64,000 nucleotides of DNA from Octopus bimaculoides (Eukaryota): assembly GCF_001194135.2 (NCBI RefSeq), contig NC_068990.1, positions 36,573,094 through 36,637,093 on the forward strand, in the 5' to 3' direction. Under the pieces are notes generated by a model. That model did not search any database. It saw nothing but the letters and a program-made list of their open reading frames with translations, and was not told the origin of the DNA. Within the stretch, counting starts at the first letter, position 1. Every line of letters begins with the position of its first letter. Shown here piece by piece: positions 14,943-28,451 of this stretch. The translations under genes were made by a program, and so were the position numbers.

Positions 14943-15084
14943 TATGAATACCCCAGAGAAAGTATTGAGTACTTCAGCAGTTTGATGTAAAACTGTTTTA
15001 TTATAACTCAGCATAAAAACAAACGTTATCATATAGAAGTATGTGTGGGTGTGTATGTATGTATGTATGCAAGTATATGTGTGA

Positions 15085-15330
15085 AGGTGCATGGCTTAGT
15101 GGTTAAAATGTTACAATCACAACTGCGAGATCGTGGGTTCAACTCCCAGACTAGGTGTTGCATTGTGTTCTTGAGCAAAGCACTTCATTTCACATTGCTC
15201 TGCATTCATTTTCACATCTGACATGTGGCACTCATTGCACCTGTACAGGTAATGTCGATCTGATGGAAGAAGTGACCTAATGTCTACACAAACATTTGAT
15301 CACTATAAACAAATCGTCTGTGTCATTGTT
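15085..15330 (+). mobile_element. SINE group C
   Basis: AGGTGCATGGCTTAGTGGTT...GGGTTCAACTCCC...TTCTTGAGCAAAGCACTTCATTTCAC. Confidence 0.7.
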
Positions 15331-15362
15331 TGGTAAGAAAATGGTGAATCCTCATACAACAT

Positions 15363-15548
15363 GGCCTTGGGTAAAAGAAAATACAGGAGGATCAGTTAAT
15401 TATGATTTTATTCAACATATTCCCCCCTCAGATTCATGCACTTATAGCAGTAGTCTTTCAGTTTTTCTTAGCCCTGTAAAAGAACTTGGAAGGTTGGACT
15501 TCGAACCAAGCATTTTTGATATGCTTACAACCAGGAACTCTTCAGCAC
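15363..15548. mobile_element. Tc1/mariner-type MITE, second copy lacking the left TIR
   Basis: Interior matches 26662 onward. The right end CCAGGAACTCTTCAGCAC is the reverse complement (17/18) of the other copy's left TIR. It abuts an N-gap. Confidence 0.6.
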
Positions 15549-16167
15549 NNNNNNNNNNNNNNNNNNNNNNNNNNNNNNNNNNNNNNNNNNNNNNNNNNNN
15601 NNNNNNNNNNNNNNNNNNNNNNNNNNNNNNNNNNNNNNNNNNNNNNNNNNNNNNNNNNNNNNNNNNNNNNNNNNNNNNNNNNNNNNNNNNNNNNNNNNNN
15701 NNNNNNNNNNNNNNNNNNNNNNNNNNNNNNNNNNNNNNNNNNNNNNNNNNNNNNNNNNNNNNNNNNNNNNNNNNNNNNNNNNNNNNNNNNNNNNNNNNNN
15801 NNNNNNNNNNNNNNNNNNNNNNNNNNNNNNNNNNNNNNNNNNNNNNNNNNNNNNNNNNNNNNNNNNNNNNNNNNNNNNNNNNNNNNNNNNNNNNNNNNNN
15901 NNNNNNNNNNNNNNNNNNNNNNNNNNNNNNNNNNNNNNNNNNNNNNNNNNNNNNNNNNNNNNNNNNNNNNNNNNNNNNNNNNNNNNNNNNNNNNNNNNNN
16001 NNNNNNNNNNNNNNNNNNNNNNNNNNNNNNNNNNNNNNNNNNNNNNNNNNNNNNNNNNNNNNNNNNNNNNNNNNNNNNNNNNNNNNNNNNNNNNNNNNNN
16101 NNNNNNNNNNNNNNNNNNNNNNNNNNNNNNNNNNNNNNNNNNNNNNNNNNNNNNNNNNNNNNNNNNN

Positions 16168-16260
<93 letters not shown>

Positions 16261-17668
16261 GAAAAAAGAAGGAGAAAAAGGAAGAGAAGAGGATTATATG
16301 CAAAGATAATTTACTAGAAAAACCTGTGTAGAATTCTGAAGAGACTAGAAGAGACAGTCTTCATTATGTTCGTGTTAGGATGTTACGGAGTGTGTGTGTG
16401 TGTGTGTGTTCAAATATCTTTGTACTTATATCTCTCTGCTTTTCGTTCTTTCTCTCTTTCTTTCAACACACACACACACACACACACACAAACAAAAAGT
16501 GAGAGCTAACACCCACAGACATTTATGTGTGTAGATTAGAAAGAGGTAAATCATTTAAAAGGTTCGTTTGTGTAGGTTTATGTGACTGTCAATCTATCAA
16601 CTATCTATGTATATTAAACAAACTTTTTTACATGTATGTGTGCGTGTATGTGTGAGTGTATATGTGTACGTGTATGTATGTGTATATGCATATGTATGTA
16701 TATATTTGTATATATATATATATACACACATACACACACATACATTCATATATATATATACATACATATATACACACACTTATGTGTGTGTGTAAAAGCA
16801 AAGTTGCTGAAAATGATGTAGATTTTAGAGATAATAATAATAATGATGAAGATGATGATATTTATGATTATGATGAGGGAGAGGAGGAGGTTTTATATTA
16901 TTTGCCAGAATGGCAACAAATAAAGGGACACTGCAAATTACAAGAATGGTATGGATTTTGCTGTATCAATTATGAAAATACTGGTGCAGAAGCCAATAGG
17001 ATGGCATGAGACATTCCGATAGAGACAGAAAATACCACCTAGGGCCCTCTCAAGGGCGCCTGCAGATCTAGTATTAACCTGATCACGAAAGAGAGTATTC
17101 TCAACCAGCTGTCTTCAGTGGCATAGTGATGCCTTCTGAGAATGATCTCATTTGTGAAGGGCTATTCTTGCCAATCTCACCTATCTTTGAGCAAGTTCAC
17201 TGAAGAGTGGCATCTCTCTCATCATTTTTATATTCTTTTCCAAGTGGAACTTGAAAAAGATGATATATATTCCAAAGAGAGATATGTCTATCTTTGGTCC
17301 TTTCATTCTTGTCCACCATATACCCACTCTTTCAAAGCTACCAGACAAAAAGAAAAATTCCCTGCTCCTCTTGGCCAAAAGAAGGTGATACAGTGATTCA
17401 CACAATGGGCTTGACTGATAATCAGATTTGTCAATGTAGCAACTGTCATCCAGAATAAATGCCAACATTGTTGTTTAGAGAATGAATGAGTGCATACAAG
17501 TCAGGTTTATCATTTTGTGCACTCCTTGGACAAGCCCAAAAGACTATACTTTTGTTCTCTGTGGGTTTTACCCTAATCCATTATCACTGCAATACCTAGT
17601 GTTTCTGAAATTGACTTAAGTTCTCATGTTGAAAGCTCTCCAAAATATCTAGTATGGTCCTTCTATCA

Positions 17669-18013
17669 CAGTGGTTCCCAACCAGGCTCAATATGGCCCC
17701 TGAGGGTCCATATCAGATTTTGGGGGGTCCACACATCAAAATAGTAAATAGAGGATCCACAATAATATTTTAAGGGCCCCTGAAAAAAATTTTGCTTTAG
17801 ACATAGAATTTTGTATGTATTGCAAGAAATACCTAGATTTCATTCTCTAACATTTTACAAAGTTCAAAGTACACAAGTTAATGCGGGGAAAAACATTAAT
17901 AAATAATATTCTATAAAATTAGTTTTTAAGCATCAAATGATTATGGGGATCTACCAGAATAAAATAGTATTCAAAGGGGGTCCATAGATAAAAAAAAAGG
18001 TTGAGAACCCCTG
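17669..18013. mobile_element. hAT (Charlie-like) MITE
   Basis: TIRs CAGTGGTTCCCAACC / GGTTGAGAACCCCTG; 8-bp flanks TTCTATCA / CTTTAACA are 5/8 identical, consistent with a decayed TSD. Confidence 0.75.
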
Positions 18014-18290
18014 CTTTAACAGGATTCCATTCTGTCCAATATATTCCATTCTGTCCTGTATATTCCATTCTCATTACTTTAATTGACTTAAAATGGTAAA
18101 AGGTTCTTGTCTAAAGTACTGCACAGGGGTAGAATCAAACCTAAATATTTACATCTTTGAGAAGAAAACTTTTGAACTACATAGTTTTATCTGCATACCT
18201 GCTGAGTTATTGTTAGATATATGATAACTTTGCAGGTTAATCAACAAATATATAAATTCTTAACCCAAGTGTAGGTGCAAATGTAACTGT

Positions 18291-18445
18291 AAGGTAAGAA
18301 GTTTGCTTCCCAACCACGTGGTTCTGGGTTTAGTCTTACTGCATGGTACCTTGTGTGAGTGTCTTTTATTATAGTCTGGGGCCAACCAAAACCTTGTGAG
18401 TAGATTTGGTAGATAGAAACTGTAACAAGCCTGTCAAATTCATAT

Positions 18446-18516
<71 letters not shown>

Positions 18517-18830
18517 CGTGTGTGTGTGTGAGAGAGAGAGGGTGAGTGTGAGAAGGTGTGTGAGAGAATCTGTATGTGTGTGAGAGAGTAGGTGTGCATC
18601 TTTGTTTCTGTGTTTAGCCCCTCCTCCATTGTTAGAAAACCGGTGTTGGCATGTTTACAACCCCATAGCCTAGCAGTTCAGCAAGACAGACTGATAGAAT
18701 AAGCAGCATGCTTAATAAACGAAAAATAAGTACTGAGTTTGATTCATTCAACCAAATTTCTTCAAGGTGGTGCCCCAGACTAGCTGCAGTCTAATGACTG
18801 AAACAAGTAAAAAACAAAAAACAAAAAAAC
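18291..18830 (+). mobile_element. SINE family A, diverged, internal (TG)/(GA)n
   Basis: Head, core and tail are homologous to the other copies. Confidence 0.75.
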
Positions 18831-18853
18831 AGTATATTTATTTTATATTCTGA

Positions 18854-20671
18854 CTAGCAGTATAACCTGACCTTGTCCGGGTGTGACTTATTACACCATC
18901 TACGATAAGTCTTGCTAGGGGAAAATCATCTAAAAAAGAAAGCCTTACGACGAAAAAACCCTTAGAATGTAAATATGTTCATAATTCAAAAGACGATGAA
19001 ATTAGTAGGGAAACTCTGAAGGCTGTTTTGCGTAACATTATTAAGTGTACGTAAATTTCATTCGTCTAATTGGCTATAGAAATGCTTGTGCAAAACAACT
19101 TTTTTGCGCTGCCCNNNNNNNNNNNNNNNNNNNNNNNNNNNNNNNNNNNNNNNNNNNNNNNNNNNNNNNNNNNNNNNNNNNNNNNNNNNNNNNNNNNNNN
19201 NNNNNNNNNNNNNNNNNNNNNNNNNNNNNNNNNNNNNNNNNNNNNNNNNNNNNNNNNNNNNNNNNNNNNNNNNNNNNNNNNNNNNNNNNNNNNNNNNNNN
19301 NNNNNNNNNNNNNNNNNNNNNNNNNNNNNNNNNNNNNNNNNNNNNNNNNNNNNNNNNNNNNNNNNNNNNNNNNNNNNNNNNNNNNNNNNNNNNNNNNNNN
19401 NNNNNNNNNNNNNNNNNNNNNNNNNNNNNNNNNNNNNNNNNNNNNNNNNNNNNNNNNNNNNNNNNNNNNNNNNNNNNNNNNNNNNNNNNNNNNNNNNNNN
19501 NNNNNNNNNNNNNNNNNNNNNNNNNNNNNNNNNNNNNNNNNNNNNNNNNNNNNNNNNNNNNNNNNNNNNNNNNNNNNNNNNNNNNNNNNNNNNNNNNNNN
19601 NNNNNNNNNNNNNNNNNNNNNNNNNNNNNNNNNNNNNNNNNNNNNNNNNNNNNNNNNNNNNNNNNNNNNNNNNNNNNNNNNNNNNNNNNNNNNNNNNNNN
19701 NNNNNNNNNNNNNNNNNNNNNNNNNNNNNNNNNNNNNNNNNNNNNNNNNNNNNNNTAGTTAAAAGTTTTCTTATGACGGCTTCTCTTCACTGCCTATTAC
19801 TTCATTAGAAATCTATGGATGCACTTACGCACATAATAGAGTAAAATGAAACAAATATGGACGACTTGCTCCGAAACACCACCGAATGGGGAACACTTCT
19901 CAAAAATAACCTGCATTTGTTTCCTTCAAAATTCCTACATGCTCCAAATGTATATACATCAAGGTATATTTGTAGAAAATTTCACGAAAAAATATTCATT
20001 TTCCTGGAAATTAAGAGGAATTTAAGTGGAATTTCCGAAAATTGTCCCCCATCCCCGTACCAAAACACTTTTACCGAAATTGTTTGTATATTCGGAATCT
20101 ACATAATAAATAATATATGCATAGAAAATTTTATAAAAAAATATTCATCTTTCTGAAAGTTACGACCTTCCAAAGTCGGTGGGTACAACTCTAGTTATGC
20201 CAGTGACGAACGTGAATGATTGTGTTTACTTGCACGTGTATGCGTTTGAGTGAGGAAGAGGGAGAGATAGAGAACGGGAGCAATGTGTATGTTGTTGTCC
20301 CAGATTACGTATGTGTGGTTGTGTGTGTTTTTACGTATCAATGTTATGAAAAATAAGTAAAGAATACTGAGAAGAAAGTTTTATCTATGACGTTGTTTGT
20401 ATCACTTTCTCTCTCTGTTGAGCGCGTGTGTAAGAACGCTGTTCCAGGTAGAAGGGAAGAAATATGAAAGTTGCTAGAAACGACAGCCAAATCTCCCTTA
20501 AATCACACAAAGTAAACGGAATTTAAAAAATCTAATTACTGCACTGGAAAGTTCACATCGAGAAAATTTAATTGATGTAAAACTTTTTACGAAAAAGTGG
20601 AAAATGTGGATTTCTATAAACTTTTAAAAAGGCTTCACACAGACACACAACTTCAGCTTTATATATTAAGA
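18854..20671 (-). mobile_element. Non-autonomous Helitron-like element, possibly composite; contains N-gap 19115-19755
   Basis: Minus 5' end is A|TCTTAATATATAAAGCTGAAG at 20671. Minus 3' end is CCCGGACAAGGTCAGG (imperfect hairpin)...TTATACTGCTAG|T at 18854. This fits A-T insertion without TSD. The segment is richer in CpG than its flanks. Confidence 0.6.
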
Positions 20672-20949
20672 TTCATTCAATTTACAGCCACCGTCACACA
20701 CAGCTTTCATCTTGAACACGTAGATTATCAATAAGAAACATTATTTTACATGCCAAAACATGCCTGTAACATGCTTCAAAACATGAAATATTTCAATTCA
20801 AATTACGATAAACGTAAACAAATAAACGAAGTTTGCTTTTAGAAGCGTTGAGATGTCTTAGAAAGCTAAAGAAGTGATTTTTAAATTCTCAAACGCAGGA
20901 TAATGCTAATAATATAACCTGAACAGGATAAACTACCCCTATTTTGCAG

Positions 20950-21330
20950 ATAAAAGTGTAGGCGGCCAGCTATTAAATATTTCAATGTTCACATGACTTA
21001 CCTCCTTCAAAGCATGTTTAGAGAACATTCTTCTCTACGGAACTCAAACCTGGGCTATGAAGAAAGAACTTTAAGATTGTCTTCATGATATATACTTCAA
21101 TCTTCTCGTAAGACTTCAAAACATTTCATGTGTGAGAACAAGACCAAAGTGAATATTTGTGGACAAATTCCACCAATATCAACTATTATTGCTCAATGCA
21201 GGATGTTCTTTGCTGGCTGCTGCACTCTTTATGAATGAACAACATGCTATATCAGACGCTGTATTTTGGAGACATTAGCATTCTAATAGTGGACGAAGTT
21301 CACTTCAACACATTGATGCTATTGGCAGAG
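20950..21330 (+). mobile_element. LINE 3' remnant (post-RT region)
   Basis: LLYGTQTWAMKKEL*DCLHDIYFNLLVRLQNIS resembles the LLYGxETW motif of RTE-like LINEs. Confidence 0.65.
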
Positions 21331-22196
21331 ACACAAGATAAAACTGAAGATCTTCCAATTGTAATGGGAGGCAAATTCCTGGTTCATCATTCAGATGCAT
21401 TTTGGTTGAAGCTGCTTGAGGAAGATTCTCTGAGGATAGATTTGAACCAGAGACCCATTAATTTCTAGACTGAAGAATAAATAGTAATATCGGCTTTAGG
21501 AATAAATCATGTTTTTACAAATAAAACATAATGATTGATGAGTGTTGAATAGTTAAAAGGTTTGTTGTATTAGTGAGGTCAGAGTAAGGGGAAAGGGTGT
21601 AAATATGAGGGATGGGTAAAAAAAGGAATGGCAGGAAAAGGTGAAGGAAGAGGGTTGGAGGAGGATATGGAAAAGGGGAGAGAAAGAAATGGTCCTTTAC
21701 TCCTCATAAAATTTATTTTACATTCCCCAAGAGGGGAAGGTAAAAAGATGTCTAGTAGGGTAGAGAAAGGTTGATAAATGTAAAGGTTTTGACAGGGATC
21801 TGTAAGTGCTGTGTGTGTGTGAGTATGCATATATATAGATATATAATATATATACATATGTATAATTATGTTAGTAGGGAGAGCAGGGGAAGAGAAAGTT
21901 GATAAAAGTGAGGTGATATCATGAATACAAAACAACACCAAAAGGTAGTAGTAGTAGTAGTGGTGGTGGTGATGGCGGTAGTAGTAGTAGTGGCAGTAGC
22001 ATCAGTAATAGTAGTAAGAGGAGGAGGAAGAAGAGGATGAGGAGGAGGAAGAGGAGAGTAGTGGTGATGGTGGTGACGGCGGTGGAGGTGGAGAAGGAGG
22101 AGGAGTGACATTTTTCATCCTGTGCCTGACATTTTCTGCTCCTCCAACAAAAAAAAAAAAACGAAAAAATGTTTCAAAACCTCTCCATTATGACCA

Positions 22197-22323
22197 TCAC
22201 CACATAAAGTAGGAGTTTCCTGAATCGAGGTTAATGGGTGAAATAGTTGCTATGGTAGCGTGCCCGTTGTTGACAATATTGTTGAGACTGTTACCATCAA
22301 GGTAACATCTCCCAGTTATTGAG
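22197..22323 (-). CDS. Candidate terminal exon SITGRCYLDGNSLNNIVNNGHATIATISPINLDSGNSYFMW*, gene unknown
   Basis: Acceptor CATTTTTCTCCAG; 41 open codons in unique sequence between low-complexity tracts; the other two frames close early. Confidence 0.2.
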
Positions 22324-22380
22324 CTGGAGAAAAATGTTTTTGTAACAAAGCTAGAGAAGGAGAGGAGGAAGACACGATTG

Positions 22381-22415
<35 letters not shown>

Positions 22416-22869
22416 ATGATGATGTTAAGAATGATGTCAATAGTGTTCATAATGGTGATGGTAATGCTGCTGACAATGATGATGATGATGATGATATTTA
22501 TGGTTATGGCACTGCAGATACTGCTGCTGATGATGATTATTATGATGCCGATGACAATGACAGCAATGAGGAGGAGGAGGAAGTGGTGGAGGTCAACAAT
22601 GATGCTGTAAGTTATGCTGACGATAATGGTAGTGATAATGATGACAAAGTTAGTGATGATGATGATGATGATGACAGTGGTGGTGGTGATAATGATGATG
22701 ATGATGATGATGATGACAGTGGTGATGATGATGATGATGACGAGCAGGTGGCAGATAGAAGGGGGAGTTGGAAGAGGGAGGAAGCTGATTATGGTAACTT
22801 GATTATGATGATGGTGATGAAAGTGAAGGTTACAATTATGATTATGATACAAAGAAGTGAATCATCAAA

Positions 22870-23100
22870 ATTCCCTGCCGTCATCTCCCCACAGCACCGA
22901 TGTTATCCAAGGGAAAGGCAAAGACCAATACAGCTTGGTGCCATTGATGTCACAACTCATTTCTACAGCTGAGTGAATTGGAGCTACATGAAATGAAGTG
23001 TCTTGCTCAAGAACACAACACTGCTTGAGCCGGGAATCAAACTCACTGACTCATGATTGTAAGCTTGACACTCTAACCACTGAGCCATGTGCCTTCACAG
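22870..23100 (-). mobile_element. SINE group C
   Basis: Head GGCACATGGCTCAGTGGTTAGAG...GAGTTTGATTCCC, core TTGAGCAAGACACTTCATTTCA. Confidence 0.7.
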
Positions 23101-23378
23101 TCTGCAGAAAAGAACACCAGGAGAAGCCTTCCCGTCATCTTTCCCCTAATGCAATTCTGAGAAAGAGAGAGACATACAGAGAGACAAAGATTAATATGAG
23201 TCACTTGACTGGTTTACTTGGTCTTCATTTATTGACCTTTAAGGATAAAATGGTGAAGCAAACTTCAATGGAATTTGAACTCAGAACGTCGAAAGTCAGA
23301 ACATGTACCACAAGGCAGGTTATGTCTCTCAAATGTGTCTGCTCATTCATTGCTTGGAGATACATACATGCATGCACA

Positions 23379-23422
<44 letters not shown>

Positions 23423-24560
23423 TATGTGTGTGTATCTAAACATGGAAATGATGATGATAATGATAATAATGATGATGATGATGATGCAAACATGGAAATG
23501 ATGATAATGATGATGGTGATAACGATGATGATGATGGTGATGACGATGATGATGATGATAANNNNNNNNNNGATGATGGTGATAACGATGATGATGATGG
23601 TGATGACGATGATGATGATGATAATGATGATGATGATGGTGATGATGATGATGATGATGATAATGATGATGATGATATCCCTGTTATAATTCCAATGTTT
23701 GAAACATTTCTCAGAAGTGTTTCACAATAAAAACATAAGATTCTTTTTTTTTTCTTCCAGCTCATCTCTTTCTCTCCCTTTCTTCTCTGTTAATGATCAT
23801 CTTTGTCCCCCAAATATGAAGAAATTGGTAGAGCTGGCAGTTATATATTCTCCTTTTATAACCTTTCTCTCTACATTATGATTCTGTCACCTCAGTGGCC
23901 ATATCCAATACACTATCTTCTCATAGGCTGAAACAAGCTGATAACTCTATTACCCATTCTACCCTAGTACCCCGAACTATGACAATAGCCGAAAGAAATA
24001 CAAGAAAGAAAACAACAACAACAAAACAATGAACAAACCTAAAGAATTTTCTTTTTTTTTTTTTTTTATAATTTCTTTCTTCCATTCTCCTTCTTTTTGT
24101 GATGTTTGTGTTTGTGTTTTTCAGTATCTTTATCTCTCTCTTCCGCCCCCCCCTCTCTCTCTCCTTTCTTTCATTGTTATTTTTCAGCCAATTTAATCAG
24201 AAGCAAACAGAATGTGATATCATCATGTTTTGTAGTGAATACAGGCACTGATAGGCATGTATGTATGTATGTATGTATGCATGCATGCGTGCATTTGTGC
24301 GTATAAATGTGCATTTATATATATATATACATGTATATGTATATATATGTATATATATATGTATGCATGTATATATCTATATACGTGTGTGTATGCAAAT
24401 ATATATATATATATACATACATATTTATATATGTATGTATATCTATATCTATATATATATACGTGTGTGTGTGTGTGTATGCATATATGTACATGTATAC
24501 ATACGTATACATGTACATATATGTATATATGTATGTGTGTATATATAAATAAATAAATAA

Positions 24561-24604
<44 letters not shown>

Positions 24605-25254
24605 ACATATGTATATATGTGTATAAGTAAGTGTGTGCGTGTGGGCGGAGTGGTTAGAGATTGGGTAGGCGTTTCTTTTATTATTTCTTACCTTCCATTG
24701 CCAAAGAGTTAATCTTCAACAGTACTGACTTTGAGACATATTCAAGTTGATTGAATATAGGTTAAAACCTAATTTTAAACTAATGTTCTCCCAGTTTCAG
24801 ACACAAATCTGATTGCTATGTTGGTCTCAGAAGTATTCAGTGCAATTAAAACCTCAACAGCGCTGGTATTGGTTAGTGTTTGAAGTTGTTGGTAGTGAAT
24901 TCCCACAGGTAATATGCCCTAGATTATTGTATGGGATTTTTGCCAGTCTTATAGCAGAAAACTCCTGAAAGAAAACTACAAGAATGCATTATTATCCTTG
25001 TATGCTGTTATTGAATTCTCATTAACAATTTTTCGATAAGAGAAATGATAAAAAATGCACGACTACTCTCCCATTAAACCTCATCACCCTCCACTAGCCA
25101 TCTTCCCACCACGACCACCACCACTGCCGCCACTTATAATTTGTGTATTGTTACAGCTAGGGCAATGAACACCAATGTTCGCAACACCCTTTACAAGTAA
25201 ACAATGCCCCCAACATCAACCTTAATTTCAAGAAGGACTACCAATACCACCACC

Positions 25255-25297
<43 letters not shown>

Positions 25298-26499
25298 GCT
25301 CTCTTTGAGTTAACACTCCTACCACTACCATGAGTTGTAGCGTTAGCACAGCAATGATGATGATGACAATGATAACAATGATGACGATGATGACAACGAC
25401 AATGATGATGATGACAACCACCACTGCTACTGACACCACTACCTTCACTACCACCACTACCACCACCACCTTTGCCATAATCCACTACCACCACCACCTT
25501 CATCACTGCTACCACTAACAACAACAAAAGCAATGACAGTAATGACAAGAACAGCAGCAGCTGCAGCAGCAACACACCCCATTCTCACTGGTACTACTAC
25601 CAACACTACAGCCACCACTGCTAGCAACAACAACAACACCAGCAACAACATTTCACTCCCACTACCACCACCAGAACCACCAACCCAATTATCACCTTCT
25701 CACCACCTACACGACCACTACCACCACTACCATCAGCATCACCAACAAGGTAGCCTGCTCGAAATAGCAGCCAAATCTCCTTCAACTTACACTTTATAAT
25801 CGGAAGTATGGAAGGCTGCATTAGGTAAATTACCCCTAAACAAAGAATGGATGGGCATGGCTGGAATACCTTGAGTTATATATCTACTAGATCAGGACTG
25901 AGTAACAACAACAACAACAATTGCAACTTCCACTACATCACGAATAGCAGTAGCAACAGCACTAGTACCACTGTTACTACCATAATGACAACCACCACCA
26001 CCGCCACCACCACCACCACCACCACCACAAAGACCATCACCACTGCTGCTGCCACCATCACCACCACTGCTGCCACCGCCACCACAGCCACCGCTGCTAC
26101 CACCACCACCACCATCACCACCGTTATCATCAATAAACAGCCCTGAGTCCTGTAATGTGCCTATTCAAGTTTCATAATGTAGTCCCACTGCACAGCCTTT
26201 ATTCATGCAAAGCTACAGTTGCAATAAAAAAAAAAAAAAGGTTCTGAACTACAGAAAGCCTTAATCAAACTGCATAACCAAACTCCTACTTCAAGCTGCT
26301 AGCCCTGTTCGTGCGACCAGAGGATTGAGTCACATGATTCAGCAAGTATGTGAAACATGCAACATTTACAATAACATGAATATTATATAATTTTCCTTCT
26401 TGTTATAAGGATATTTGATTTCTGTTATATTCCTGGTGAGTGGACATGGATTAGTTTTCAAACTTATCAATTTTTGTGCACAGTAACTTCGCTTGTTCT

Positions 26500-26640
26500 T
26501 GAAGTTAGCTGTACTTGTTATAGAAGTCAGCTGCACTTGTAGAAGTCAGCTGCACTTGTTCAAAAAATCTGGCTGCACTATTAGAAGCTAGTTGTGCTTG
26601 TTGCAGAAGGCAGCTGCACTTGTTGCAGAAGCCAGCTGTG
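26500..26640 (+). repeat. Minisatellite, about 7 copies of a 19-23 bp unit
   Basis: Unit AGAAGTCAGCTGCACTTGT(T/GC) with variants. Confidence 0.8.
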
Positions 26641-26830
26641 AGCAGGTGCTGAAAAGTTCCTGGCTTTGGGTAAAAGAGCATACAGGATGATCAGTTAATT
26701 ATGATTTTATTCAGCATATTCCTCTCTCAGATTCCCACACTTATTGCAGTGGTCCTTCAGCTTTTCTAAGCCCTATCATGCTGAACCTCAGCTGTTTTGG
26801 ATGTTATATTCTGGAAACTTTTACACCCTA
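26641..26830. mobile_element. Tc1/mariner-type MITE
   Basis: Left TIR GTGCTGAAAAGTTCCTGG (26646-26663); degenerate right TIR CTGGAAACTTTTACACCC followed by TA; interior is homologous to 15363-15548. Confidence 0.6.
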
Positions 26831-27589
26831 ATAAAGGGCAAAGACCACTCAGTTACATTTGTGATTTTAGAAACTCAACAGGAAATTCAGGACCAACAAA
26901 GGATGACGAGAGGCAGAAATTCTTGATGCAACATAGTGAAATGCTTTTCAAGTGTGGTTACTATAATGAAACCTTACTTTACATCCACTTGGGGTTCGTA
27001 TAGTAAGAAAACAGTAATATGCTATGGTTAGTCAGGTAAGTTATATTACTATCTTGTGTAACCTTGCCTCATGTTTAGATTCATATTATATGTTGTAATA
27101 AGAGATCCCCACTCTAGATAGGGGTGATTAGGATGCTAATTTTACAAACTCATGATTCAAAGGTCGATTCCATTTCAGGACATCATGAGCAAATGTCTTC
27201 TGCTATAAAGGTTTTGGGCTCAACGAAAGTCTGTGAATGGAACTAGTTTGTCAGAACTTTATGGAAGACTACTGGAGTCATCGTTCCTGTTATTGAGTGC
27301 TAGGCTTGTTGGGTTTAACATCAACATGTGGTGCTTGAGTGACTTGAATGGAATTGTCACTGGCCTGAGAAGAATTTCCTGTTTTCCTGTCGCAAGACTT
27401 CGGTGTCATGAAGTGGATCATGGGCCATGCTTCTTGTTTTATGAAGTTGCACTCTAATAAGTAACGAAGACCTCTCAGCTACATTGATGTTATTGGTAAA
27501 CACAATATCAAATTGAAGGTCTACAAAAGCTACAGGGGACAGAGATTCCTGGTGTGCTGTACTGAATTGCATCTGAGAAGCTGCCAAAT

Positions 27590-28090
27590 AGTGATGGTGA
27601 TGACAAACAATGATAATGAAGATGAGAACAATAATGGTGATGACAACAACAACAATAATGACGGCGAAGACAATGAAGACAATGTTCACAGTGATGATGA
27701 CAATGATAACGATGACGATCATGATGACAATGACAGCGACGATGATAACAATGACGACAATGATGACAGATGACGATGACGACAGTGATGACAATGAGGA
27801 CCATGAAGATGATGACAACAATGATGACAACAACGATGACAATGATGACATTGATGATGATGATAACAGTGATGATGATGGTGATGAGGACAACGATGAC
27901 GATGATGACAATGATGATAGTGATGATGTTAATGATGACGACGATAACAGCGCTGATGACAATGATGGCGGTGATGACAACAGTGAAGATGACAGTAATG
28001 ATGATGGTGATGACAACAATGACAATGACTACGACGATGATGGTGATGATGACAATGATGGTGGCGATGACGATAACACTGACATAAACA
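27590..28090 (+). repeat. Degenerate (GAT/GAC/AAC/AAT)n tract
   Basis: About 500 bp of GAY/AAY triplets with a phase shift near 27768. Similar low-complexity tracts lie at 6600-6810, 22360-22760, 23440-23680, 25200-26140, 42890-43500, 43900-44210, 56400-56720 and 60680-61200. Confidence 0.85.
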
Positions 28091-28371
28091 AGAAATTAGA
28101 TGGATGATCAAACTTCTTGACTAGGTGATGAGTTTGGAAGTTGTGAGATTCATGCCTCTCGTTATGAGTTTCAATGTTAGTAAATGAAATTGGTATGACT
28201 GGCAGAGGATTGAACCCTGGAAGTTGATGTGTTTGAAGCTTCACAACAGTGCTACAGGGTTCACTACACACACAAACATAAACATACAAACAGACATGCA
28301 TACAGCGAGACACAAGTATATGTAAAAGTATAGGTTTCCCATATATGTTTACATACTTACTAAAATGTGCA

Positions 28372-28451
<80 letters not shown>

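Noticed and set aside
16900-17620. Complex sequence with an ILDD-like motif on the minus strand
   Set aside because: Probably a decayed transposon, but the motifs are too weak to assign a class.
24690-24964. Strong acceptor and donor on the minus strand
   Set aside because: All three frames contain stops between them.
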